A stretch of 64,000 nucleotides of DNA. Source: Chloroflexota bacterium. GTDB taxonomy: Bacteria; Chloroflexota; UBA6077; JACCZL01. The notes below the pieces were generated by a model, which was given only the letters and a program-made list of their open reading frames with translations, had not been told where the DNA came from and did no database searches. How positions within the stretch are numbered: position 1 is the first letter of the stretch; each line of letters starts with the position of its first letter. Location of the stretch: positions 75,597 to 139,596 of the forward strand of contig JAXLXE010000005.1 of NCBI GenBank assembly GCA_046328115.1. The letters run 5' to 3'. This document shows positions 16,779-25,162 of the stretch, piece after piece. A program made the position numbers and the translations under genes.

Positions 16779-19256
16779 ATGGTCGATGTCGGCACCGTCT
16801 TCTCGATAGCGAAGGCCATCGCCGAGCCACTCGTCAAGCATGGATGGTCGTACTGGCACGAGCGGCGCTCCGCCCCCGGGCGAGCCGCGCGGGCGCTGAC
16901 GCGCGGCTCGGCGACTGCGACAACCGGCGAAGAGGTCGAGGAGCTTTACGAGTCCCTTCTGGAGGCAATCGAGGCAGACCTTGGGCCAGCCCTCGACGGG
17001 ATCGCGCCAGAAGATGAGTTCGCGCCCGTGCGGGCAGAGCTCGCCAACGCGCTCACGCGAACGGATCTCAGTCCCGAGCGCCTGGCCGATCTGAACTACG
17101 ATCCCGTACGGATCGAGGCGGCGATCATGGCAGCGGCGCCCGAATCCGCCGCACTGTTATCGGAGCGGGAGACCGAGCTGCTTCGCCAGGTCGCACGGCG
17201 AGTTTCGTCGATCATCGCAACCACCGCCACCCGTCTCGCGGATGCGGACTGGGCGTTCAAAACGATCGCGCTCAGACGACTGGAGAAGATCGCGGAGTTC
17301 GCGACGCTCTTTCGCGCGGCGGCAGACCGCATTGATCGGACAGCAGGTCACGCCGACGGAGACAGCCGCGCTGCCACCGAATTCGAGGCGCGCTACCGGG
17401 AGACGGTCGCGAATCAGCTCCGGGTGATCGAGTTTTTCGGCGTGCGCAATCTCCGGGAGGAGACGCGCACCCAGGACCTGCTGCTCTCGTACATGTCACT
17501 CCAGGCCACCGACCCCATGCGAAGCGTCGAAGCACCACCGGGCATCGAGATCCGCCGAGCACTCGGCGGGTCCTTGCCCGTCGAGCAGATGCTGGCCGAG
17601 TCGCCGCGACTCCTGATTCTCGGGCCCGCCGGTTCGGGCAAGTCCACCGTGCTGGAATGGTTTGCCGTCCGAACCGCCCGCCGCGACCTGCCGGAGCCGC
17701 TCGCCGCGCTCAACGACCACGTGCCGTTCTTCGTGCGGCTGCGGGATTTCGAAAACCGCGACTGGCCTGACGCGGACGAGCTACCGGTGGCGGTCTCCAA
17801 GCACCTCGCCGGGGCGGTACCTCCGCTCTGGGCAAGTAGCGTGTTGGACTCGGGGCGGGGGCTGGTGCTCGTGGACGGGCTTGATGAGGTGGCCGAGGCC
17901 CGGCGCGAGTCCGCGCGGCGCTGGGTGTCGGAGCTGGTCGCCGCGTTCGGCCGGTCCCGGTTCGTCGTGACCTCGCGGCCAGAGGACGCCGAGCACGGCT
18001 GGCTCCGTACACGGGAGTTTGGCGCCGTGAACCTGGCACCCCTCGATTCCAGCACGATCCCGCGCTTCATTGATGTCTGGCACGAGGCGCAGAAGCAGAC
18101 GCAGCCTCCCGCGCGGGCAGACGGAATCGAGCAATTCTCCGCCAAACCGAAGTCGGATATCGGTAGTAGCCACGAGCTACGCGAGCTGGCGGAGACGCCG
18201 TTGTTCTGCGCCTTGCTCTGCGCGCTCAACCATGATTGGCGCGGGACTCTGCCGACACGACGTCTGAAACTGCTTGATGCGGCGACCGAGATGATGCTGG
18301 GGCTGCGCGAGGAGGACCGCGGTGTTCCGCGGGAGTCCCCGGTTCCTGAGCCGGACACGCTCCAGCTCTTGCTCCAGTGGCTCGCGTACTGGATGCTCCG
18401 CAACGACCTCCGTACAATCTCCGAAGACGCGGCGGCGGGGAAGATCGCGGAATTCCTGCAACGCCAGCGCGGCGTCCCCGAGGGTACGACGCCGACCGGG
18501 GTTCGCGATCATCTCGTGCGCCGCACCCAGCTCGTCCGTTGCCCTTCGGATGACGCCTTCGAGTTCGCGCACGAGACGTTTCGAGCGTATCTCGGCGGCA
18601 TCGAGATGGCCAAGGTGGGTGACGGGACGCTCGCCGTCAAACATGCCCACGAGCCGGCCTGGACGTTGGCCATCACGTTTGCGGCGGAGACGATGAGCGA
18701 TCCAGGCCGAGCCAGGCTCAGTTGCGGCCTGCTGCGACGCGGTGACCGAGCGAAACGATGGCGCGCGCGCCTCCATCTGCTCGGCGCTCGATGCTACGGC
18801 GCAACCGCCCAGTCGCGGGATGCGGATCTGGAACACGAGGTTGAGTCGCGCCTGATAGCGCTGGCTCCGCCGACGAACCCACGCGACGCGGAGGCGCTCG
18901 CCGAGGCCGGAGACCTCGCGTTGCCCTATCTGGACATCGGTGGGAGAAGCGCGCGCGTCGTCGCCGCGTCCATCGTCGCGCTGGGGCGCATAGGCACAGA
19001 GCCGGCCCGGACGATGATGGTTCGGTACCGCGACGACGAGCGACCCGCTGTCCGCGAGGCGCTGCTCAGGCAATGGGTGCGGTTCCAGGAAAGCGTTGAG
19101 TACTTTCGCGAAATCCTGCGGCCGGCGCTGGAGCGATCTAGGAAGGTCAGCCTGCGCGGTCTGCCGATCACCGACGCCGGCCTCGCCCACCTGGAGGCTC
19201 TGGATCTGCTCGACTGGTGGTCCGTCTGGTCCGGGGCCGGACTCGCAACGCGGTGA
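16779..19256 (+). CDS. NACHT-domain STAND NTPase with N-terminal all-helical domain and C-terminal HEAT-like repeats / partial LRR
   Basis: Walker A LILGPAGSGKSTVLEW, Walker B LVLVDGLDEV, then RFVVTSRP (the NACHT signature order). The first ~280 aa are helical. The C-terminus has HEAT-like repeats (ALGRIGTEPA...DDERPAVREA) and ends in LRGLPITDAGLAHLEAL... Confidence 0.85.
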   Translation: MVDVGTVFSIAKAIAEPLVKHGWSYWHERRSAPGRAARALTRGSATATTGEEVEELYESLLEAIEADLGPALDGIAPEDEFAPVRAELANALTRTDLSPERLADLNYDPVRIEAAIMAAAPESAALLSERETELLRQVARRVSSIIATTATRLADADWAFKTIALRRLEKIAEFATLFRAAADRIDRTAGHADGDSRAATEFEARYRETVANQLRVIEFFGVRNLREETRTQDLLLSYMSLQATDPMRSVEAPPGIEIRRALGGSLPVEQMLAESPRLLILGPAGSGKSTVLEWFAVRTARRDLPEPLAALNDHVPFFVRLRDFENRDWPDADELPVAVSKHLAGAVPPLWASSVLDSGRGLVLVDGLDEVAEARRESARRWVSELVAAFGRSRFVVTSRPEDAEHGWLRTREFGAVNLAPLDSSTIPRFIDVWHEAQKQTQPPARADGIEQFSAKPKSDIGSSHELRELAETPLFCALLCALNHDWRGTLPTRRLKLLDAATEMMLGLREEDRGVPRESPVPEPDTLQLLLQWLAYWMLRNDLRTISEDAAAGKIAEFLQRQRGVPEGTTPTGVRDHLVRRTQLVRCPSDDAFEFAHETFRAYLGGIEMAKVGDGTLAVKHAHEPAWTLAITFAAETMSDPGRARLSCGLLRRGDRAKRWRARLHLLGARCYGATAQSRDADLEHEVESRLIALAPPTNPRDAEALAEAGDLALPYLDIGGRSARVVAASIVALGRIGTEPARTMMVRYRDDERPAVREALLRQWVRFQESVEYFREILRPALERSRKVSLRGLPITDAGLAHLEALDLLDWWSVWSGAGLATR

Positions 19257-19746
19257 GCAGCGGGCGCCGCGCACGGCGCTCGCCGGACTGACGTCGAGCG
19301 GCGAGGCACTTCACGGACGAATCAGATGCCGGTCATGCGCGATCCGGCCACGATCGGCCGGCTTGTCAACCGCTCGCTCATCGCCGCCTTGGCTCGTTAC
19401 CCAGCCCGAGCGTTGACGCCCAGGCGACATTGCTCGCGGTCTGGTGCGTGATCGTGGACGGGACGGCCGTCAGGTGAGCAGCGCCGCGGCGCGGGATCGG
19501 ATGCTGCGTTGTGCTTCGTCACTGATGCCGCGCACGATCTCGTGTCTGGCCTGCTATCACAATGGTGGGAAGCTCGGCCCCGGGTCTCGGGGAGGCCGGC
19601 CGAGCGATTCCGCCTGGTCGGCGATCCGCCCGGTAGCAACCATCATGGTCGTCACGTACTGCTACATGCGGCACCGGAGGCAGCAACCCGGGCGGTTGAG
19701 CAACCGTCTGGGGGGACGCGATGGGGCGTACGGGTGAGACTGGCGA

Positions 19747-20985
19747 TTACCTCGGAGAAGCACCGGCATGCTGGCACGTGGACGCCAGGAGCGGGGGCAG
19801 CGCCTCGCTGAGGGTCTGCGCGACGACGGTATTGCCCCGGGGGGTGTAGTGGGCCAGGGCGATCGCGTCGATTCCGTGGAGGCGGGCGGAGTCAACGAGG
19901 GTGGGTGTGGTGTCCACTGTGTGGACGCTCGCCGACTCGAGCCAGCGGAGCAGCGGCTCGTGAACGGCGGGCCGGCCGTCCATCATGCTGGCTATCTGGT
20001 CGCGCGGGCTCATGATCACAACAACGGGGGTCATCCCGCGGCGCTCGACCTCGCGGGCGAAGCCGGTGAGTATACGGCCGGCAATCTGAAATGCCTCACT
20101 TTGCGGATGGTAGAGCGCGCCCTGCCGCATGGACGATCGATCAAGATCCTCGCCGCCACTGAGCTGGTAGTGCAGGCGAAACGCGGCGCTGCGGGTAGCG
20201 CGCACGACGTGCAGAAAATCGAGGGGATTCCGCACGAAGGTGCCTGGGAAGTACCAGTGATCCCACGGCCCGAGGTTGCGTTCCACCCAGGCTGGGTCGT
20301 CGAGGAGCCTGGGATCGTCCACCGGATTCGGCAACAGGACCAGCTCGCCGTTCTGCAGCAAGAACCGAGGCTTGCTGAGTGAGATGCCGGTCTTGGGTTG
20401 GAGAAAGGGGCGGAATCGGTTGACAACACGGTGGACGTTCTCCGTCATGTACCCGATCAGGACGCCGCATGGGCGATAGTCAGGATATCGCTGGTAGCTC
20501 AGCCAGGCCTGGTCTGGGCCGTAGCCCGCCACGCCAAAGTTGAGCACCTGGGTCTGTGGCCACAGCGACTCGAGCCGTGTGGTCCAGCAATCCTCGAGGT
20601 GGACATCCTGGCAGTACGTGAACGAGTCGCCGAATGCAGCGATCCGGCGGGTGCCGGGAGGGGGATCGAGCGGCTGTTCCCGATCGGCCCGCAGGCCAGC
20701 ACGGTCGTGGCGGTATTCGATGCGCGCACCGTTCTGCCCCGAACCAGCGCGAACGGCTCCGGGGTTGTTGGCCCAGCCCAGCTCGCGGTCGTACGTCAGG
20801 TAGGTTGCGCCGGTCGCGATCCGGCGGAGTCGACCTCTGTCGTAGTCCAGGGGGAGCAGATGGTCCGAGGGGATGGGCTCCAGCGCACGGAGCCAGAGCT
20901 CGGCACAGATCACCGCGACCAGAGCTCCAACGGAAGACGCGATGATTCGGCGAGTCGTTCGTGCAAGCCACGGCGGCGTGGACAT
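19747..20985 (-). CDS. SGNH/GDSL-like hydrolase family protein, paralog of 12111..13292
   Basis: MSTPPWLARTTRRIIASSVGALVAVICAEL is a membrane anchor, followed by AAFGDSFTYCQ and NFGVAGYGPDQAW. It is colinear with the other SGNH-like protein. The track ORF (to 21156) is over-extended. Confidence 0.65.
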   Translation of the reverse strand: MSTPPWLARTTRRIIASSVGALVAVICAELWLRALEPIPSDHLLPLDYDRGRLRRIATGATYLTYDRELGWANNPGAVRAGSGQNGARIEYRHDRAGLRADREQPLDPPPGTRRIAAFGDSFTYCQDVHLEDCWTTRLESLWPQTQVLNFGVAGYGPDQAWLSYQRYPDYRPCGVLIGYMTENVHRVVNRFRPFLQPKTGISLSKPRFLLQNGELVLLPNPVDDPRLLDDPAWVERNLGPWDHWYFPGTFVRNPLDFLHVVRATRSAAFRLHYQLSGGEDLDRSSMRQGALYHPQSEAFQIAGRILTGFAREVERRGMTPVVVIMSPRDQIASMMDGRPAVHEPLLRWLESASVHTVDTTPTLVDSARLHGIDAIALAHYTPRGNTVVAQTLSEALPPLLASTCQHAGASPR

Positions 20986-21181
20986 TCCGGGCTGATCGTA
21001 TCTGACGGAGGAGGCGATTGGCACGACCAGTCCAGGTAGCGGGACCGCGTCTGGGTGCGCTCCAGGGTGGCGGGTTCGGACGAAAGGACCTGAGGAACTG
21101 CAGAGACGCAGAGACCCGCGCGGGCATGGCAGCGTGCGGGTGGCGGTGGTCGCCACGAGGGGCGGTCTCGCGGAAGGTGAC

Positions 21182-24100
21182 TCAGCGCCTGGTGATGGAG
21201 ATCTCCGTCGCCTCGAAGCGCTGCTCGTGGATCTTCTCGCCGTCCGCTTCCAGGTAGTCGCCCACCCGGATCGTCGGGCACTGGCTGCCGCAGCGCAGCA
21301 CCACCGTCACCAGGCCGTCGCGGTTGCCGATCACCGCGTACGGCGGCGCCGCTTCGGGGTGTACCTCCACCACGTCGCCTTCGACCGACACGTCGTCGCG
21401 GTTGCCCGCGTTGGTGTGGCGCCGCTGGAGCTTCTGCTCCTCCGTCTCCCGCTTCGGATCATCCTTGTGGTCGTCGCCCGCTGGGTTGTCGGTCACTAGC
21501 ACGGGCGGTGGTGCCGGTGCCGGAGGCGGTAGGGGTGGCGGCGGTGGCGGTGGGGCGGGGGTTGAGTCGCGGATCGTGCCCTGGCCGGCCGCGCGGGCCA
21601 GCGTCGCGTTGGTCGGACTGCTCAGGTTCAGCGTGAACGTCTCGTCCAGCTCCACCAGCGCGTCCGCCAGGATCGGCACCGTCACCGTCTGGCTCGTCAC
21701 CCCAGGCGTGAAGGTGATGGTCTGGGTGACCGCGGTGTAGTCCTGCCCGGCCGTGGCGCCGTTCGGGGCTGGCCCGTTGGCCGTCTGCGCCGTCACCGTC
21801 ACGGTCTGGCCGCTGGCCGGCAGCAGCGTCACCGTGAACACCGCTCCGCTCACCGATCCCTGCGCCTCCGTCACCGTCACGTCGTCGATCGACAGCGCCG
21901 GCGCCCCGTCGTCGTCCACGATCGTCCCGTTCCCCTGGGGATCCCCCAGCACCGCGTTGACCGGCCCCGACAGCGTGACCGTGAACGTCTCGTTCGGCTC
22001 ATCGATCGTGTCGCCGAGGATCGCCACCACGAAGGGCTTGCTGGTCTCGCCGGGGTTGAACGTGACCGTCTGGCTGACGGCCGTGTAGTCGCTCCCCGCC
22101 GTCGCGGTGCCATTGGCCGTCTGGACCTGCACCGTCACCGTCAGCGCGCTCGGCTGGCTCAGGCTCACCGTGAACGTGGCAGCCGTGCTGCCAGCGCTCC
22201 CCTCCACCACCGAGACGTCGTTCACCGACAGCGCCGGCACGTCGTCGTTCTGGATCGTGCCCACCGCCTGGGCCGTGGCGATCGTCGCGTTGGTCGGGCT
22301 GGAGAGGTTCACCACGAACGTCTCGTCCGCCTCACCCAGCACGTCGCCGAGGATCGGCACCGCCACCGTCTGGCTGGTCACCCCGGGGTTGAACGTCAGC
22401 GTCGTCGGTCCGACCGCCGTGTAGTCCTGGCCGGCTACCGCTCCGTTCGCTCCCGCCCCGTTGGCCGTCTGGGCCACCACCGTCACCGTCTGGCCGCTGG
22501 CCGGCAGCAGCGTCACCGTGAACACCAGGTTGCTCGCGCCGGCGTTCCCCTCCGGCCCCGCCCGATCCACGATCGACAGCACCGGCAGCCCGTCATCGTC
22601 CAGGATCGTGCCGATCCCCTGGGCATCCCCGATCACCGCGTTCACGGGCGCGGAGAGGTTGACCGTGTACGTCTCGTTCGGCTCGTCCGCGGTGTCGCCC
22701 AGCACCGGCACCACCACCGGCTTGCTCGTCTCGCCGGCGTTGAACGTCACCGTCACGTTGACCGCCGTGTAGTCGCTGCCGGCCACCGCACCCGTCGCAC
22801 CCGCGCCGTTGGCGGTCTGGGCCTGCACCGTCACCGTCCGGCTGTTGGGCGTGCTCAGGCTCACCGTGAACGTGGCGTTGGTGCTGCCGGCGTTGCCCTC
22901 GGCCACCGACACGTCGTCCACCGCGATCGACGACGTGTCGTCGTCGGTGATCGTGCCGGTGCCGGTCCCCACCGCGATACTGGCGTTGGTGGCCGCGCTC
23001 AGGTTCAGGCTGAACGTCTCGTCCACCTCGTCCACCACGTCGCCCAGCACCGGCACGCTGACGGTCTGCACGGTCTGGCCGGGGGTGAACGTCACCGTCT
23101 GGGCCACGGCGGTGTAGTCGCTGCCGGCCACCGCGCCGCTCACCCCGATCCCGTTGGCGGTCTGGGCCTGCACCGTGACGGTGCGGCCGCTGGCGGCGCT
23201 GAGCGTGATCTGGAACACCCCGTTGGTACTGCCGGCGTTGCCCTCCGGCACCGTGACGTTGCCGACCGACAGCGCGGGGGTGGGATCGTCGTCGGTGATG
23301 GTGAGCGTGGCGGTGCTCTGGGCGCCGATGGCCGCGCCGCCGGTCGGGCTGCCCAGCGTCAGCAGCACGGTCTCGTCATCCTCGTCCAGGGGGTCCTGGA
23401 GGATCGGGACGGCGACGTTCTTGCTGGTCTCGCCCGGACTGAAGCTGACGAGCAGGGGGGTGGCGGTGTAGTCGCTGCCGGGGGTGGCGGTAGAGCTACC
23501 GCCGCCGAGGGAGACGGTGGCGCCGACGGTGAGGTCAGAGCCGCCGGTGCGGGAGATGGTGATGGTGGCGGAGGGGCCGGCCTCGCCGATGGTGTAGGTG
23601 GGATTGCTGAACTGGAGGGTGCCGGGGCTGGCCTCGAAGGCGCCGACGTCGCAGGTGGCGGTGGTATCGCCGTTGCCGTCGATGGGGCGGGTGGTGCCGC
23701 GCTGGTCGGTGCTGATGGTCGTACCGCCGCTGGTGCCGTTGCTGGTGCAGGAGCCCTGGACGGCGTCGATGGCGGTGCTGCCGGAGAGGAGGGCGTGGGT
23801 CTGGGTGGGGCCGCCGTTGTTGGCGAGCGGGCCGAGATTGAGGGTGGCGACGTTGTTGGCGTCGCCGGTCTGGGTGAAGGCCGCGGCGCAACTGTTGTCG
23901 CTGCTGAGGTTGCTGCCGAGGGAGGTGATGGTGCCGACGCAGTTGGCGCCCGAAGAACCCGCGGCGACGATGGTAGCGCGCAGGCTGAGGGTGCCGGAGG
24001 AATTTATTACGCCGCCGCCGACGGCGGTGGTGGCCGAATTGCCGCGGAGGGTGCTGTGCGTCACTGTTGCCGAGCCAAAGAATACACGGATGCCGCCGCC

Positions 24101-24790
24101 AGTGCCGGCCGAGTTGCCGCTGAGGGTGCTGTTGGTGACGGAGGCCGTGCCGCTGCCGATGACGTAGATGCCGCCGCCGGAGGCGCTGGGGGCCGAGTTG
24201 CCGTTGAGGGTGCTGTTGGTCACGGTGGCCGTGCCGCCTTGAGTGACGGAGATGCCGCCACCGCCACCGATGGTGGGGGGGGAGGCCGAGTTGCCGCTAA
24301 TGGTGCTGTTGGTAACGGTCAGCGTGGTGCCGGCACCGGCGACGGCGATGCCGCCGCCGGTGATGGCCGAGCCGTTGCGGAGCGTCAGCCCAGAGACGGA
24401 GACGGTGCCGGTGGTCACGTTGAACACGCCGGTGGCCGAGGCGGTGCCTTTCTGGCCGTCCACGATGGTGTTGGCCACGCCGTTGCCCACGATGTCGAGA
24501 TTGGATGAGATGGTGAGTTGTCCGCTGCTCAAGAAGATGGCCGAGCCGTCCGTCCCCCCGCGAAGGTGATCTGGTCCGTCGCGGTACCGTCCGGGTCGCC
24601 GGCCGGGCAGCCGCCGAAGGCGGCGTTGGTGTTCGCCGCCACGAGCGCCTCGCGGAGCGAGCAGGCGGACAGATTGGTGTTGTTCTCGTCTGCTGAGGTG
24701 GTGACCTGGATCGTCGCGGCCTGCGCGCCGTCGGCGGGCGCGAGAAGTACGAGCAGAAGGCCGGCCAGGAGGGCGCCGAGCAGGTACCAC
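21182..24790 (-). CDS. giant surface protein body: parallel beta-helix repeats, 6 Calx-beta domains, Pro-rich linker, small C-terminal domain (N-terminus displaced by frameshift)
   Basis: Repeats of the NSTxSGNSA type (beta-helix), then six ~115-aa units with GSDYTAV...VTFxPGxTSxxVxVPxLGDxxDExDETF (Calx-beta), then PAPPPPPPPLPPPAPAPPP. The first ~75 codons of this ORF are out-of-frame read-through. Confidence 0.85.
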   Translation of the reverse strand: MVPARRPPGRPSARTSRARRRRAGRDDPGHHLSRREQHQSVRLLAPRGARGGEHQRRLRRLPGRRPGRYRDGPDHLRGGTDGSAIFLSSGQLTISSNLDIVGNGVANTIVDGQKGTASATGVFNVTTGTVSVSGLTLRNGSAITGGGIAVAGAGTTLTVTNSTISGNSASPPTIGGGGGISVTQGGTATVTNSTLNGNSAPSASGGGIYVIGSGTASVTNSTLSGNSAGTGGGIRVFFGSATVTHSTLRGNSATTAVGGGVINSSGTLSLRATIVAAGSSGANCVGTITSLGSNLSSDNSCAAAFTQTGDANNVATLNLGPLANNGGPTQTHALLSGSTAIDAVQGSCTSNGTSGGTTISTDQRGTTRPIDGNGDTTATCDVGAFEASPGTLQFSNPTYTIGEAGPSATITISRTGGSDLTVGATVSLGGGSSTATPGSDYTATPLLVSFSPGETSKNVAVPILQDPLDEDDETVLLTLGSPTGGAAIGAQSTATLTITDDDPTPALSVGNVTVPEGNAGSTNGVFQITLSAASGRTVTVQAQTANGIGVSGAVAGSDYTAVAQTVTFTPGQTVQTVSVPVLGDVVDEVDETFSLNLSAATNASIAVGTGTGTITDDDTSSIAVDDVSVAEGNAGSTNATFTVSLSTPNSRTVTVQAQTANGAGATGAVAGSDYTAVNVTVTFNAGETSKPVVVPVLGDTADEPNETYTVNLSAPVNAVIGDAQGIGTILDDDGLPVLSIVDRAGPEGNAGASNLVFTVTLLPASGQTVTVVAQTANGAGANGAVAGQDYTAVGPTTLTFNPGVTSQTVAVPILGDVLGEADETFVVNLSSPTNATIATAQAVGTIQNDDVPALSVNDVSVVEGSAGSTAATFTVSLSQPSALTVTVQVQTANGTATAGSDYTAVSQTVTFNPGETSKPFVVAILGDTIDEPNETFTVTLSGPVNAVLGDPQGNGTIVDDDGAPALSIDDVTVTEAQGSVSGAVFTVTLLPASGQTVTVTAQTANGPAPNGATAGQDYTAVTQTITFTPGVTSQTVTVPILADALVELDETFTLNLSSPTNATLARAAGQGTIRDSTPAPPPPPPPLPPPAPAPPPVLVTDNPAGDDHKDDPKRETEEQKLQRRHTNAGNRDDVSVEGDVVEVHPEAAPPYAVIGNRDGLVTVVLRCGSQCPTIRVGDYLEADGEKIHEQRFEATEISITRR
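21563..23640 (-). repeat. tandem coding repeats (6 Calx-beta units, ~345-354 nt period)
   Basis: The periodicity is mirrored by antisense ORFs starting at 21753, 22107, 22461, 22809 and 23154. Units 3/5 and 4/6 resemble each other most closely (an AB-AB pattern). Confidence 0.8.
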
Positions 24791-24813
24791 GAGCGCACGG
24801 CCGGACTGGGCAT
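24529..24813 (-). CDS. N-terminal fragment of the giant surface protein (signal peptide + CSLREA motif), separated from the body by a frameshift
   Basis: MPSPAVRSWYLLGALLAGLLLVLLAPADGAQAATIQVTTSADENNTNLSACSLREALVAANTNAAFGGCPAGDPDGTATDQITFAGG. The frame then ends, while the 21182..24790 frame continues as TDGSAIFLSSGQLTI. Confidence 0.75.
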   Translation of the reverse strand: MPSPAVRSWYLLGALLAGLLLVLLAPADGAQAATIQVTTSADENNTNLSACSLREALVAANTNAAFGGCPAGDPDGTATDQITFAGGRTARPSS

Positions 24814-24879
24814 CAACACTCCAATGGGGCGGTGGTGCGCTCCGCCGCGCCTGGGTCCCCGTGTGGGCAGAACGGCCGA

Positions 24880-24908
24880 AGGATAGGTGGCGGCCACGCG
24901 ACTGTCAA
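24880..24908 (-). promoter_or_regulatory. sigma70-like promoter for the giant surface protein gene
   Basis: On the minus strand, TTGACA (24908-24903), a 17-nt spacer, then TATCCT (24885-24880), about 65 nt upstream of ATG 24813. Confidence 0.4.
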
Positions 24909-25162
24909 GCTGGCCCCGAATGGTGACGCGGTGCTCGGGCGACGAGGAAGCCGCCGGCGGTCGGGTGGCGGGCTAGATGCTTCGCAGGCCCAGCATGACG
25001 GCCTGGTCTGGGGCGGCCTGGCGTGGCGCGGTGGCGATGGACCTACGGCGGGGGGGGTGCGGGGCCAACGGGTCGCGCGGCTGGAACGGTGCGCGGAGCG
25101 GTGGTGCGGCGCGGCGGTAACCAGTTGCCGCGGCTGGGTGGGGGGCGCATACTGGTGCGCGC

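Noticed and set aside
21753-23471. Regular series of ~100-aa plus-strand ORFs every ~350 nt
   Set aside because: The periodicity is fully explained by the Calx-beta coding repeats on the minus strand. These are not independent genes or a CRISPR-like array.
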